Source of the DNA: Candidatus Uhrbacteria bacterium
Lineage (GTDB): Bacteria; Patescibacteriota; Patescibacteriia; UBA9934; UBA10169
DNA: 64,000 nt
Reading direction: 5' to 3'
Assembly (NCBI GenBank): GCA_016187485.1
Contig: JACPJO010000005.1
Span: forward strand, 7,499-71,498
Shown piece after piece: positions 36,197-45,232 of the stretch (its first letter is position 1; each line of letters opens with the position of its first letter). The notes beneath the pieces were generated by a model. That model was not told the origin of the DNA. It did no database searches and saw nothing but the letters and a program-made list of their open reading frames with translations. The position numbers and the translations under genes were made by a program.

Positions 36197-36252
36197 GAAA
36201 TGCACCTTTCAAGGCAGGGCCACCATCGGCCCTACCTTGAAAGGTGCATTTC
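36197..36252. promoter_or_regulatory. 56-nt near-perfect palindrome (25-bp arms, 1 mismatch, 6-nt spacer) upstream of the 519-aa gene
   Basis: GAAATGCACCTTTCAAGGCAGGGCC-ACCATC-GGCCCTACCTTGAAAGGTGCATTTC. No U-tract follows on either strand, so this is not a terminator. It lies in the divergent region between gene 34615..36174 and xth. Confidence 0.5.
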
Positions 36253-36443
36253 ACGCCTTCAGGGGGCCGACGTCCTACAATTTTACGGTGGACGTTGGAA
36301 GTAGGATCTAACTACATAACATGGGAATGTCCTGTTTTCTCCTCGGCTTGCTTGCCGAATGGAGGTGACAGAATACCAAAAAACGGTCGAAATGTCAATA
36401 CATAATGGAAGACTCCGTCCGTGATACAATTTCTGCAATATCT

Positions 36444-37247
36444 ATGCCAAAGCGCACGCGCACGATTATCTCTTGGAATGTCAACGGTATTCGCTCGGTC
36501 TTGCGGCAGGGTCTTTCGGATTTTATAAAAAAACACCATCCCGACATTCTCTGCCTACAAGAAACGAAGGCTGAGCAAGGCCAAGCCGTCGTAGATTTGC
36601 CGGACTATGAGGAGTATTGGAATAGTGCAAAGAAGAGAAAGGGATATTCTGGCACCGCGATTTTCTCCAAGCAAAAACCTCTCTCGGTTTCTTTTGATTT
36701 ACCTGTCAAAGGCGGGGTGCTTACGGACGAGTATGGGGACGCTAATGGGGAAGGGCGCGTGATCACGGCCGATTACGGAGACTTTTTTCTGGTCAACGTG
36801 TATACACCAAATGCAAAGCCGGACTTGGGACGTCTGGCGTACCGACATAAAGTTTGGGACCCGGCGTTTCTGAAATATCTTAAAGCCCTTGAAAAGAAAA
36901 AACCCGTGATTGCCACAGGCGATTTCAATGTGGCGCACGAGGAGATAGACATTGCGCGACCGAAAGAGAATGTGAAAAACGCCGGCTTTACTCCCGAAGA
37001 GCGCAAAGGGTTTGAGCGCATAGTGGAGGCGGGGTTCGTGGACACGTTCCGTCTGCTCCACCCAAACGAAAAAGATCGTTACACGTGGTGGGCGCGCTGG
37101 AGCAATGCCCGTGCGCGCAATGTCGGTTGGCGCATTGATTATGTTATCGTCTCGCCGGCGCTCAAGAGAAAAATTAAACGCGCGTTTATTCTTGACCATG
37201 TTATGGGCTCCGATCATTGCCCTGTGGGGGTTGATTTGCTAGGGTAG
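36444..37247 (+). CDS. xth: Exodeoxyribonuclease III (Xth, AP endonuclease)
   Basis: ISWNVNGIRS, LCLQETK, DFNVAHEEIDI, NVGWRIDYVIVS and SDHCPVGVDL are the catalytic motifs of the ExoIII family. Confidence 0.85.
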   Translation: MPKRTRTIISWNVNGIRSVLRQGLSDFIKKHHPDILCLQETKAEQGQAVVDLPDYEEYWNSAKKRKGYSGTAIFSKQKPLSVSFDLPVKGGVLTDEYGDANGEGRVITADYGDFFLVNVYTPNAKPDLGRLAYRHKVWDPAFLKYLKALEKKKPVIATGDFNVAHEEIDIARPKENVKNAGFTPEERKGFERIVEAGFVDTFRLLHPNEKDRYTWWARWSNARARNVGWRIDYVIVSPALKRKIKRAFILDHVMGSDHCPVGVDLLG

Positions 37248-37253
37248 CTCCGT

Positions 37254-38756
37254 ATGAACATCACTATCGTCAAAGGCAGACTGGAGGAACAAAAGGCCGA
37301 CCTTCTTGTGGTAAATGAATTCTCTGGTGTGGAGAAAACCGGCGGAGCGACGGGATCTGTTAATAAAGCGCTTGGGGGGCTTTTGGAGAAACTCATGAAG
37401 GAGGAGCAGTTTAATGGCGGACAGAGGGAGACGCTTCTAGTGCGGACGGGGGGTGTTATTCCCGGCTCACGGGTTCTTCTTGTTGGACTCGGTGAACGAA
37501 AAGATTTTTCTCTAGAAACCGTACGCGAGGTGAGCGCTGCTGCGTACAACACAGCGAAGAAACTTGGGGCGCGCCGCGTCGTCTCGATTCTTCACGGCGC
37601 AGGAGCAGGGAAGTTGTCGGCGCTTCTGTGTGCAAAGGCACAGACCGAAGGCGTACGGCTTGCCGAATATGAATTTGTTAAACGGAAAAAGGCACCAGAG
37701 AAAAAGACGCCGAAAGTAGAGTCCTGGACTATCGTCTCTTCGGATGCTGCTCATGTGCGTGCGGGGGCAAGGGGGGTGGGCGAAGGCGAACTTTCTGCCG
37801 AGGGAACGATCTTTGCGCGCGACCTTGTGAATGAGCCAGCGGGACAGATGACGCCAAGACATTTGGCGCTCGCGGCGCAAAACATCGCAAAGGTGAGCAA
37901 AGGAGCCGTTCGTATAAAAGTTTTTGAAGCAGGGCAGATCGAAAAGATGGGTATGGGGGGGGTTGCCGGCGTTGGTCAAGGATCTGTTCATCCGCCATAT
38001 TTTGTCCACCTTATCTACAAGCCACGCGGGGCAAAGAAAACGGTTGCGGTGGTGGGGAAGGGCATCACGTTTGACTCCGGTGGTCTTTCTCTCAAACCGG
38101 CCGACTACATGATGACGATGAAGTGCGACATGGCCGGTGCCGCGGCGGTGCTTGGGTTGTTCTCGGTGCTTACGCGGGTTGCTCCAAAGGTTACAGTGCA
38201 CGGGATTTTTGGCGCCTGTGAAAATATGCCGTCGGGAAACGCCATTCGACCGGGCGATGTACTCAAAGCGCTCAATGGAAAGACGATGGAGGTGTTGAAT
38301 ACGGATGCCGAGGGACGTTTGACGCTGGCCGACAGTCTTTCGTATGCGTCCAAATTGAAGCCCGACGCTCTTGTGGACCTTGCCACACTTACGGGTGCGT
38401 GCATGGCGGCACTTGGTGAAGAGATAACAGGGGTGATGGGGAACGACCACAAGTTGACAGGAGCAATATTGCAAGCGGCTGCCGCGGCTGGCGAAAAGAT
38501 GTGGGAGCTGCCACTTGAGAAGAGATACAAAGATCTCATCAAATCTGAAATTGCCGACGTAAAAAATATCGGGGGGAAATACGGCGGCGCCATTACCGCG
38601 GGTCTCTTCCTGCAAGAATTTGTTGACGCGGAAATTCCCTGGGTTCATCTAGACATTGCCGGTCCCGCGTTTGCCGAGCGGCCGGTAAATGCGTACACCC
38701 GTTATGGCGGCACCGGAGCCGGTGTAACAACACTCATCGAGTTCTTGAAAAAGTAG
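37254..38756 (+). CDS. pepA: Leucyl aminopeptidase (M17 family, PepA)
   Basis: NTDAEGRL signature. Metal-binding residues lie in VGKGITFDSGG and DMAGAAAV. Confidence 0.85.
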   Translation: MNITIVKGRLEEQKADLLVVNEFSGVEKTGGATGSVNKALGGLLEKLMKEEQFNGGQRETLLVRTGGVIPGSRVLLVGLGERKDFSLETVREVSAAAYNTAKKLGARRVVSILHGAGAGKLSALLCAKAQTEGVRLAEYEFVKRKKAPEKKTPKVESWTIVSSDAAHVRAGARGVGEGELSAEGTIFARDLVNEPAGQMTPRHLALAAQNIAKVSKGAVRIKVFEAGQIEKMGMGGVAGVGQGSVHPPYFVHLIYKPRGAKKTVAVVGKGITFDSGGLSLKPADYMMTMKCDMAGAAAVLGLFSVLTRVAPKVTVHGIFGACENMPSGNAIRPGDVLKALNGKTMEVLNTDAEGRLTLADSLSYASKLKPDALVDLATLTGACMAALGEEITGVMGNDHKLTGAILQAAAAAGEKMWELPLEKRYKDLIKSEIADVKNIGGKYGGAITAGLFLQEFVDAEIPWVHLDIAGPAFAERPVNAYTRYGGTGAGVTTLIEFLKK

Positions 38757-38803
38757 GCTCGGGCGTGTAACCGCTACGTCCACCTTATCTTCCTCGCTCG
38801 AGT

Positions 38804-39366
38804 CTATTTTCCAAGCGTTTGCTCACCCGGCTTCCAATCTACGGGACAGCGTTCGCCGGTTTGCAGCGCCGCAAGAACACGCAGGACCTCATCTACGGAT
38901 CGTCCGACGTCGAGATCGTTGTATGCGGCGTAGCGCAAGACTCCTTCGGGATCAATGATGAAGGTGCCACGAAGCGTGATGCCCTTACTGTGCACAAGAA
39001 CACCGTACGCGTCGCTCATCTCTTGCGTCATGTCCGAGAGCATGGGGAATTTGAGAGGCCCGATTTCTTTGAGCCACTGCTTGTGCGAATGCACGCTGTC
39101 GGTTGAGCAGCTGTACACGATTGTATTGAGCTTTTGAAAATCCGCAAAGCGCGTGGAGAACTGTGTGATCTCCGTGGGACAAATGAATGTGAAATCGAGC
39201 GGGTAGAAGAAAAGGACAACCCATTCACCACGGTGGCTTTTCAGGGGATAGGTGCGGAAGGTAACTCCGTCCGTATCTACTCCCTCTAGGGTAAAGTCTG
39301 GCGCCTGCTCTCCCACTTGCGCGTGTGCGCAGCAAAGGAAATCTTCGGTATTTTGGTCTATCATAG
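38804..39366 (-). CDS. Peroxiredoxin (AhpC/TSA family, 2-Cys type)
   Basis: FTFICPTE peroxidatic-Cys motif. The start is trimmed to MIDQNTEDF (188 aa); the track ORF extends to 39601. Confidence 0.85.
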
Positions 39367-39410
39367 GTAAACAGCATAGCAAAAAATAAGGCAATTTGGT
39401 AGAGTGACGC

Positions 39411-40433
39411 ATGACTATGCAGGGACGCGGAAGAATTTTTCTTGGGATTTTAGCGGTTTTTGCCGTCGTGCTTTTTATTGCAGAATATCGAGCGCGAACC
39501 GCAGGGCCTCGTATCGAGCCGTTTGCGCAAAGCGAAGGGTGGGGTATCCCGCGTGAGGAAGTGTATGACTCCGGCCTCTCGTCCTCGTCCATTCCGGCCA
39601 TTGACGCCCCCGCGTTTATTTCCCCAAGCGAAGCGGATATATTTTTGTATGATGAAGGCGAGGGTGTCTCCCTATCCCTGGGCGGCGAGACACAATTCTA
39701 TCCTTTCCAGATTCTTGTGTGGCACATGGTTGTGAACGACATGATTGCCGGTGTGCCCATTGTTGTTACCTACGATCCTCTTGTGGGAAGCGCGATGGTC
39801 TACGATCGCCGTGTGGAGGGCCGCACCCTCTTGTTTTCGGTGAGTGGAAAATTATGGAACTCAAACGTTCTCTTGCTTGATCGCGAGACGGGAAGCCTTT
39901 GGCCGCAAACAACAGGACGGGCGGTGAATGGGGAATTCCTTGATCGCGATCTTGCACCGATAGGATCGGAAATCGTCACCTGGAAAAAGTGGAAGGCACA
40001 ACGCACAACAGGACGCGTGCTCTCTAAAAACACCGGGGCTGTGCGTGACTATACGCGTAATCCTTATCTTGGCTACGAAGAAAATCGTTTAGTGTATTTC
40101 CCGCTTTCCCGTCGTGACATTCGTCTCCACCCAAAGGAACTCGTCTTTGGGTATACAGGACCGGAAGGCGAGACGAAAGCGTACCCGCGCGAGTATTTGG
40201 TGGAAGAGGGAAGTATCACCGACACGGTTCTCGGGCGCAAAGTTGTCATGACGTTTAACGAGAACACAGGTGTGCTTCGTGCGAGGGGAGAAGATGTGGC
40301 GGGCGTGGCAAGCGATGTATTTCTCCGTCCTATGTATTGGTTCGCATGGGCGGCGATCCATCCAGACACAGAGCTCTATGACCCGCTCGGAGAAAAACAG
40401 AAAGTGGAAAGTGAACAGCAAGAAGGAGAGTAG
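39411..40433 (+). CDS. Membrane-anchored/secreted protein, possibly DUF3179 family (hypothetical)
   Basis: N-terminal signal anchor (IFLGILAVFAVVLFI) and a conserved-looking core with WNSNVLLLDRETGSLWPQ. Family assignment is from memory only. Confidence 0.4.
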   Translation: MTMQGRGRIFLGILAVFAVVLFIAEYRARTAGPRIEPFAQSEGWGIPREEVYDSGLSSSSIPAIDAPAFISPSEADIFLYDEGEGVSLSLGGETQFYPFQILVWHMVVNDMIAGVPIVVTYDPLVGSAMVYDRRVEGRTLLFSVSGKLWNSNVLLLDRETGSLWPQTTGRAVNGEFLDRDLAPIGSEIVTWKKWKAQRTTGRVLSKNTGAVRDYTRNPYLGYEENRLVYFPLSRRDIRLHPKELVFGYTGPEGETKAYPREYLVEEGSITDTVLGRKVVMTFNENTGVLRARGEDVAGVASDVFLRPMYWFAWAAIHPDTELYDPLGEKQKVESEQQEGE

Positions 40434-40435
40434 CT

Positions 40436-41116
40436 ATGGGAACGCTCTTTGTCGTGGCGACGCCCATTGGGAACCTCCAGGATATTTCTGCGCGGGCGCG
40501 TGAGATTCTCGCGTCGGCCGATCTTGTGCTGTGCGAGGATACGCGCGTGACGGCAAAACTTCTTTCTGTGTACGACATCCACGTACGCACTGCCGCCCTG
40601 CATCAACATTCCACAGATGCGAAACACCAAGCGTATATCCGGCTGCTTGCCGAAGGAAAGACGCTCGCGCTTGTAAGCGACGCGGGAACACCAGCGATTT
40701 CCGACCCCGGCGGGAGGTTTGTAGAGGATGTTCTTCGCGCTCTTGGGGATGAAGCAAAGATCATTCCTATCCCCGGGCCGTCCGCAGTTACGGCAGTGTT
40801 AAGTGTCTCTGGATTTCCTGCAGACACCTTCACGTTTCTCGGTTTTCCCCCGCAGAAAAAGGGCCGAGAAGCTTTTTTCCGTTCGCTTGTTCACATCGAA
40901 CATACGGTAGTGTTTTACGAATCTATCCACCGTATTGTGAAGGCGCTCGCGTCTCTTTCGGCTCTTCTGCCGGAGCGCCAGATGGTGCTCTGCCGGGAGC
41001 TTACAAAACTGCACGAACATATCTATCGCGGGACGCCGGCGCAAGTGACAGACGCTCTTTTGGGTGATAGCATCAAAGGTGAGTGTGTGATCGTGCTTGC
41101 GCCCGCACGGTTTTAA
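40436..41116 (+). CDS. rsmI: 16S rRNA (cytidine1402-2'-O)-methyltransferase RsmI
   Basis: LFVVATPIGNLQDISARAREILASADLVLCEDTRVTAKLL is the tetrapyrrole-methylase-fold RsmI N-terminus. Confidence 0.85.
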   Translation: MGTLFVVATPIGNLQDISARAREILASADLVLCEDTRVTAKLLSVYDIHVRTAALHQHSTDAKHQAYIRLLAEGKTLALVSDAGTPAISDPGGRFVEDVLRALGDEAKIIPIPGPSAVTAVLSVSGFPADTFTFLGFPPQKKGREAFFRSLVHIEHTVVFYESIHRIVKALASLSALLPERQMVLCRELTKLHEHIYRGTPAQVTDALLGDSIKGECVIVLAPARF

Positions 41117-41117
41117 T

Positions 41118-42575
41118 ATGTCTCGTTTTTATCTCACGACAACTCTCCCCTACGTAAATGCCGATCCGCACATCGGATTCGCTCTTGAGATTGTGCAGGC
41201 GGATGTTGTGGCGCGCCTCCATCGCCAAAAGGGAGAGGAAGTTATTTTCAACACGGGCACAGACGAACATGGCCAGAAGATTTATCAAAAGGCTCTCGAA
41301 CAGGGGAAAGAGCCGCAGGCGTACTGTAATGAATATGCCGCAAAATTTGATCGGCTGAAGACGGCGCTTAACCTCTCCTACACGCATTTTATTCGTACGA
41401 CATCGCCAGACCATGTCGCGGCGGCACAGGAATTTTGGAGGCGTTGCGATGCGCACGGCGACATCTACAAAAAAAATTATCAGACAAAGTATTGCGTCGG
41501 GTGCGAATTGGAGAAACAAGACTCGGAGTTGACCGATGGCCGTTGCCCCGTTCATCCGAACCTTGCGCTTGAGCTGCGCGAGGAGGAAAATTATTTTTTC
41601 CGTTTTTCCAACTACCAGAAACCCCTCCTGGATCTCTATACGGCACATCCGGATTTTGTCGTGCCGGACTATCGGCTGACCGAAATCAAAAATTTCGTCG
41701 AGGCTGGGTTGCAGGATTTCAGCATCTCGCGACTAAAAGAGAAAATGCCGTGGGGAGTAAGCGTGCCGGGTGATGAAGCGCACGTGATGTATGTCTGGTT
41801 TGATGCGCTCATTAACTATATCTCTACGCTTGGCTGGCCCAAGGAGGGAAGTGATTTTGAAACCTTCTGGCCTGGGGTGCAGGTGGCGGGGAAGGACAAC
41901 CTTCGCCAACAGTCGGCAATGTGGCAGGCTATGTTGCTGTCGGCGGGGTTACCTCCATCCGAACAAATTTTCATACATGGTTTTATTACCGCGGATGGGG
42001 CGAAGATGAGTAAGTCGCTTGGAAATGTGGTGGATCCGTTTGCGATGGTCGAGCGTTATGGCACAGACGCCCTGCGGTACTATCTTCTGCGCGAGATTGT
42101 TTATGGGGCAGACGGGGATTTTTCGCTTTCACGGTTTGACGAACGATACAACGGTGATCTTGCGGATGAGCTTGGCAACTTGCTCCATCGTGTGCTCACC
42201 ATGACAGAGAAGTACGCAGAGGGGATTGCGCCTGCTCCCTCCGCTCAGGGAAAACAAGTTTCCGTGGACCGCGCCTATTTTGAGGAGCTCACTGACCAGT
42301 ATCGTTTCAGCGAAGCTCTCTCTCTGGTGTGGGATGTGGTGCGTATCGCCAATCAAGATATTGAGAACGCGAAACCGTGGGCGATGGCGAAAGAGGGGCG
42401 TTTCGATGAGGTGAAAGACGAGCTTGCGCACCTTTTGCATCTTCTCCGACAAATTGCTGACATGTTGGCTTCCTATTTGCCGGAGACGGCCGAACGAATG
42501 AAGCGCGCACTTGCCGAGCCCGGAAAACCAATAATGAAAGGGGAGCCGCTCTTCCCTAAAATGGAAACTCTATGA
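41118..42575 (+). CDS. metG: Methionyl-tRNA synthetase
   Basis: HIGH-type motif (PHIGFA), KMSKS motif (KMSKSLGNVVDP) and a zinc-knuckle CVGCELE...CPVHP. Confidence 0.9.
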   Translation: MSRFYLTTTLPYVNADPHIGFALEIVQADVVARLHRQKGEEVIFNTGTDEHGQKIYQKALEQGKEPQAYCNEYAAKFDRLKTALNLSYTHFIRTTSPDHVAAAQEFWRRCDAHGDIYKKNYQTKYCVGCELEKQDSELTDGRCPVHPNLALELREEENYFFRFSNYQKPLLDLYTAHPDFVVPDYRLTEIKNFVEAGLQDFSISRLKEKMPWGVSVPGDEAHVMYVWFDALINYISTLGWPKEGSDFETFWPGVQVAGKDNLRQQSAMWQAMLLSAGLPPSEQIFIHGFITADGAKMSKSLGNVVDPFAMVERYGTDALRYYLLREIVYGADGDFSLSRFDERYNGDLADELGNLLHRVLTMTEKYAEGIAPAPSAQGKQVSVDRAYFEELTDQYRFSEALSLVWDVVRIANQDIENAKPWAMAKEGRFDEVKDELAHLLHLLRQIADMLASYLPETAERMKRALAEPGKPIMKGEPLFPKMETL

Positions 42576-43060
42576 CCTTTTCTCTCATGGACCTTATTCT
42601 TCTTGTCGTGCTCGGTCTCTTCACACTTGCCGGGCTCTACTTTGGGCTCTTCCATACGCTTGGAAGTCTCGTGGGCGCCGTCTTCTCCATCTTTGCTACC
42701 GGCTATGCCATGCCCTACGTGAGCAGTTGGCTTTCTGCGTGGATTCCGCTCTCGCCCCCGTTTACGGTTGTGCTGTTTGTCGTGCTTTTCCTTATCATCA
42801 GCCGATTGGTGGGATTTGTTTTCTGGATTCTCGATGAGACGCTTGGCATTGTGACGCGTCTCCCGTTTCTCTCTTCGGTTAATCATCTTTTGGGCGGCGT
42901 GTTTGGTTTTGTGGAAGGTGTTATTGCGCTTGGCGTGCTCATCTATGTGATCAACACGTACATCCCTTCGGGAGCGTTCCTCTCGGCCATAGCGGCTTCG
43001 CCAATTGCCGGATGGATTGTCGCCCTCACCGGCTGGCTGACCCCGTTGTTACCGTTTTAA
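42572..43060 (+). CDS. CvpA-family membrane protein (tentative)
   Basis: Four hydrophobic helices with the N-terminal pattern MDLILLVVLGLFTLAGLYFGLF. 162 aa. Confidence 0.45.
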   Translation: MTFSLMDLILLVVLGLFTLAGLYFGLFHTLGSLVGAVFSIFATGYAMPYVSSWLSAWIPLSPPFTVVLFVVLFLIISRLVGFVFWILDETLGIVTRLPFLSSVNHLLGGVFGFVEGVIALGVLIYVINTYIPSGAFLSAIAASPIAGWIVALTGWLTPLLPF

Positions 43061-43099
43061 CAACGAGGCAGTCTGCTGGCAGGACTCCGAGCATCATCT

Positions 43100-43984
43100 A
43101 TGACTCTTTTCGATTCCCACTGCCACGTCCATTTTCGTGCTTATAAGGAGGACAGGGATGCTGTTATTAAGCGTGCAACCGAAGAGGGCGTTTTCATGCT
43201 TACCGTGGGGACGCAGGCGGATACGTCGCGTGAAGCGGTGCGTGTGGCTAACGCGCATGAAGGTGTGTGGGCGACGGTGGGGCTTCACCCCAATCACACG
43301 ACGGCACAAGAGTTTGTAGACGAGAGTGAGGAGGACACCATAGCGAAAGTCAAAACGCGCACAGAAGTTTTTGACGCGGAAATGTATCGTCCGCTTGCGC
43401 AAGATCCAAAGTGCGTGGCGATTGGGGAGTGCGGACTCGACTTTTATCGCATCCCCGAACATCTTGATCGAACGGACGTCATACGAACGCAAGAAGAGAT
43501 GCTGCGGCGGCAGTTTGATTTGGCGACCGAACTTGGGAAGCCCGTGGTCATCCATTGCCGCGACGCGCACAAAGAACAGGCAGATATAATTGAAGAGTAT
43601 GTCAAAAAGGGAAAGCTGGGTGCGCGGGGTGTGATCCATTGTTTTACGGGTACGAAGGAAGATGCCCTTCGGTATCTTGCGCTTGGGTTTTATATTTCGT
43701 TTTCGGGGGTCGTGACGTTTCCGCCACGTAAAGAGGGGTCTGACCCCTCCGGGGGTCAGACCCCTCTTGCGCCGCTTGCGCTTGTGGCGCGTGATATTCC
43801 GGAGAATCGAATTCTCATCGAAACTGACGCCCCCTATTTAGCGCCTATTCCCATGCGGGGTAAGCGCAATGAGCCGGCGTATGTGCGTCATACAGCAGAA
43901 TTTTTGGCAAAGTTGCGTGGAGTGACTTTGGAGGAGTTTGCAAAGGTGACAACAGAGAACACGAGGAGAGTATTTGGCATTTGA
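43100..43984 (+). CDS. tatD: TatD-family metal-dependent DNase/hydrolase, carrying an in-frame palindromic insertion
   Basis: N-terminal FDSHCHVHF and internal IETDAPYLAP motifs. A 38-nt perfect palindrome (43731-43768) encodes an extra KEGSDPSGGQTPL loop. Confidence 0.85.
   Translation: MTLFDSHCHVHFRAYKEDRDAVIKRATEEGVFMLTVGTQADTSREAVRVANAHEGVWATVGLHPNHTTAQEFVDESEEDTIAKVKTRTEVFDAEMYRPLAQDPKCVAIGECGLDFYRIPEHLDRTDVIRTQEEMLRRQFDLATELGKPVVIHCRDAHKEQADIIEEYVKKGKLGARGVIHCFTGTKEDALRYLALGFYISFSGVVTFPPRKEGSDPSGGQTPLAPLALVARDIPENRILIETDAPYLAPIPMRGKRNEPAYVRHTAEFLAKLRGVTLEEFAKVTTENTRRVFGI
43731..43768. repeat. Perfect 38-nt palindrome made of two GGGGTC(T/A)GACCCC units, inserted in-frame in tatD
   Basis: AAGAGGGGTCTGACCCC-TCCG-GGGGTCAGACCCCTCTT. 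The same 13-mer GGGGTCAGACCCC recurs at 23488-23500, and a related GGGTC-N3-GACCC motif occurs at 3004-3021. Confidence 0.7.
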
Positions 43985-44030
43985 AATTCGAAAGCCAGGC
44001 ACGAGGCCTGGCTAGGAAGAAAAGAACGAA

Positions 44031-45104
44031 CTAGAGCTTGTGGCCGAGGCGGCGCATGGTGGCGTGGATGTCGCTCACCACGAGCACGGCGTCGGCACGC
44101 GTGAGGTGCCACACGCGCTCGCCGTCCCAGTGGCGAAGTGGTCGCCGGATTGCCGAATCCTCGTTGAGTAGATCGGTGTAGAGTGCGCGCAGTCGGGGCT
44201 CGGACTTCTCTCCCTCGAATCGCTTGATGCGCAGTTTGAGGCGCCGAGCGAGCTCCGCCGACATCTCCTCGCGACTCTTCCGTGCCGCGACGAGCCGGAG
44301 GCTCGTATACACGCCGTCGTCTCGTCCCTGCTCCCACGCTGCGATGAGCTCCGGTTCCGGACTCACGCGGATGTAGTTGGCGGGGAGCGTGCGCGGCGGC
44401 GGTTGGGCGGCCTCGGTGCGCGGTGTGGCCTCTGCCGAAGGCGGTTCTGCCGCCTGCCGCTGCGCCTGCTCAATGTCCGCCGCCGTGACACCGCTTCCCG
44501 CCTGCACGACTTGTGCGCGCAGGCGCTCTTCGCGAATGCGCGCCCGGGAGCTTTCCGCCGCCGCCGTCTCTTCCGCCGTCTTCACGAGCTCCATCTTCTG
44601 CGTTCTAGCGTAGGCGGTGAAGCCATCGCGCACAGAGGAGTTCCAGAAGGCGCTGTCGTCGGGCCAGTCGGGCGCATCGTTGGGGGACGTGTAGCCGAGT
44701 TGTCGCGCCATCGCGATCACCTCGTCGTACTGATCGTCTCCCTCGGGCGCGATCTGCATCGGCTCGTCGGGGTTGCGGGAGGAACTGTGTCGGTACTTGT
44801 CGAGCGCCTTGAGTCCGTAGTAGATCGCCTCGCGCAGACTCTCGTCCACGCCGACCTTTTCGAGCAAGGTCTTCCATTGCTCGAGCGCGCCAGGCTTCTC
44901 CACGCTCTTCGTGAAGGTCCCCCGAGGGAGGAACCTCACGGCGCCCTCGACGAACGGGGCGAATTCGTAGCTGCCGTCCTTCTCTCGGTCTACGTAGTTG
45001 TTCCCCCCCTCCATCTGACGTGCGTCGGCGAAGGGGAGGGCGACGAGGTCCAGGTACTCCTGAGGATTCAGTTCAGAAAGGCTGATAGCCATGGGGTACT
45101 CCAC
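44031..45104 (-). CDS. Hypothetical protein (357 aa) in a GC-rich foreign block
   Basis: Long ORF with normal composition, a central Ala/Glu/Gln/Pro-rich linker and a charged C-terminal domain. Divergent from the 45233 gene. Confidence 0.5.
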   Translation of the reverse strand: MEYPMAISLSELNPQEYLDLVALPFADARQMEGGNNYVDREKDGSYEFAPFVEGAVRFLPRGTFTKSVEKPGALEQWKTLLEKVGVDESLREAIYYGLKALDKYRHSSSRNPDEPMQIAPEGDDQYDEVIAMARQLGYTSPNDAPDWPDDSAFWNSSVRDGFTAYARTQKMELVKTAEETAAAESSRARIREERLRAQVVQAGSGVTAADIEQAQRQAAEPPSAEATPRTEAAQPPPRTLPANYIRVSPEPELIAAWEQGRDDGVYTSLRLVAARKSREEMSAELARRLKLRIKRFEGEKSEPRLRALYTDLLNEDSAIRRPLRHWDGERVWHLTRADAVLVVSDIHATMRRLGHKL

Positions 45105-45158
45105 TTCGTATAGGTTAGGAAAAGGCCGAAACGCCTCAACTTAGCAAAAAAACCTGTC

Positions 45159-45178
45159 GCTGTCAATGCGTTGACAGC
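45159..45178. promoter_or_regulatory. Palindromic operator candidate overlapping a TTGACA -35 box between divergent GC-rich genes
   Basis: GCTGTCAA-TGCG-TTGACAGC is a perfect 8-bp inverted repeat. A CTGTCG/CTGTCA direct repeat lies immediately upstream. Confidence 0.45.
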
Positions 45179-45232
45179 AGCAGACTTTTCTGCTAGGTTA
45201 AGCCCTTAGTTTGCGGCGATCCTGCCGCGAGC

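Noticed and set aside
34589-36240. Long overlapping ORFs 34654..36240 (+, 528 aa) and 34589..35944 (-, 451 aa)
   Set aside because: They have extreme Arg/Ala/Pro/Gly/His bias, which is typical of non-coding frames in about 65% GC DNA. The 34615..36174 minus-strand frame alone has a balanced, hydrophobic-core-compatible composition.
37512-38648. 378-aa minus-strand ORF
   Set aside because: It lies fully antisense to the leucyl aminopeptidase gene, which has clear M17 motifs.
38804-39601. Full 265-aa peroxiredoxin ORF including the N-terminal 79 residues
   Set aside because: The peroxiredoxin fold begins at MIDQNTEDF, and the FxxDFTFVCPTE motif follows at the usual distance. The extension is low-complexity and overlaps the divergent promoter region of the next gene.
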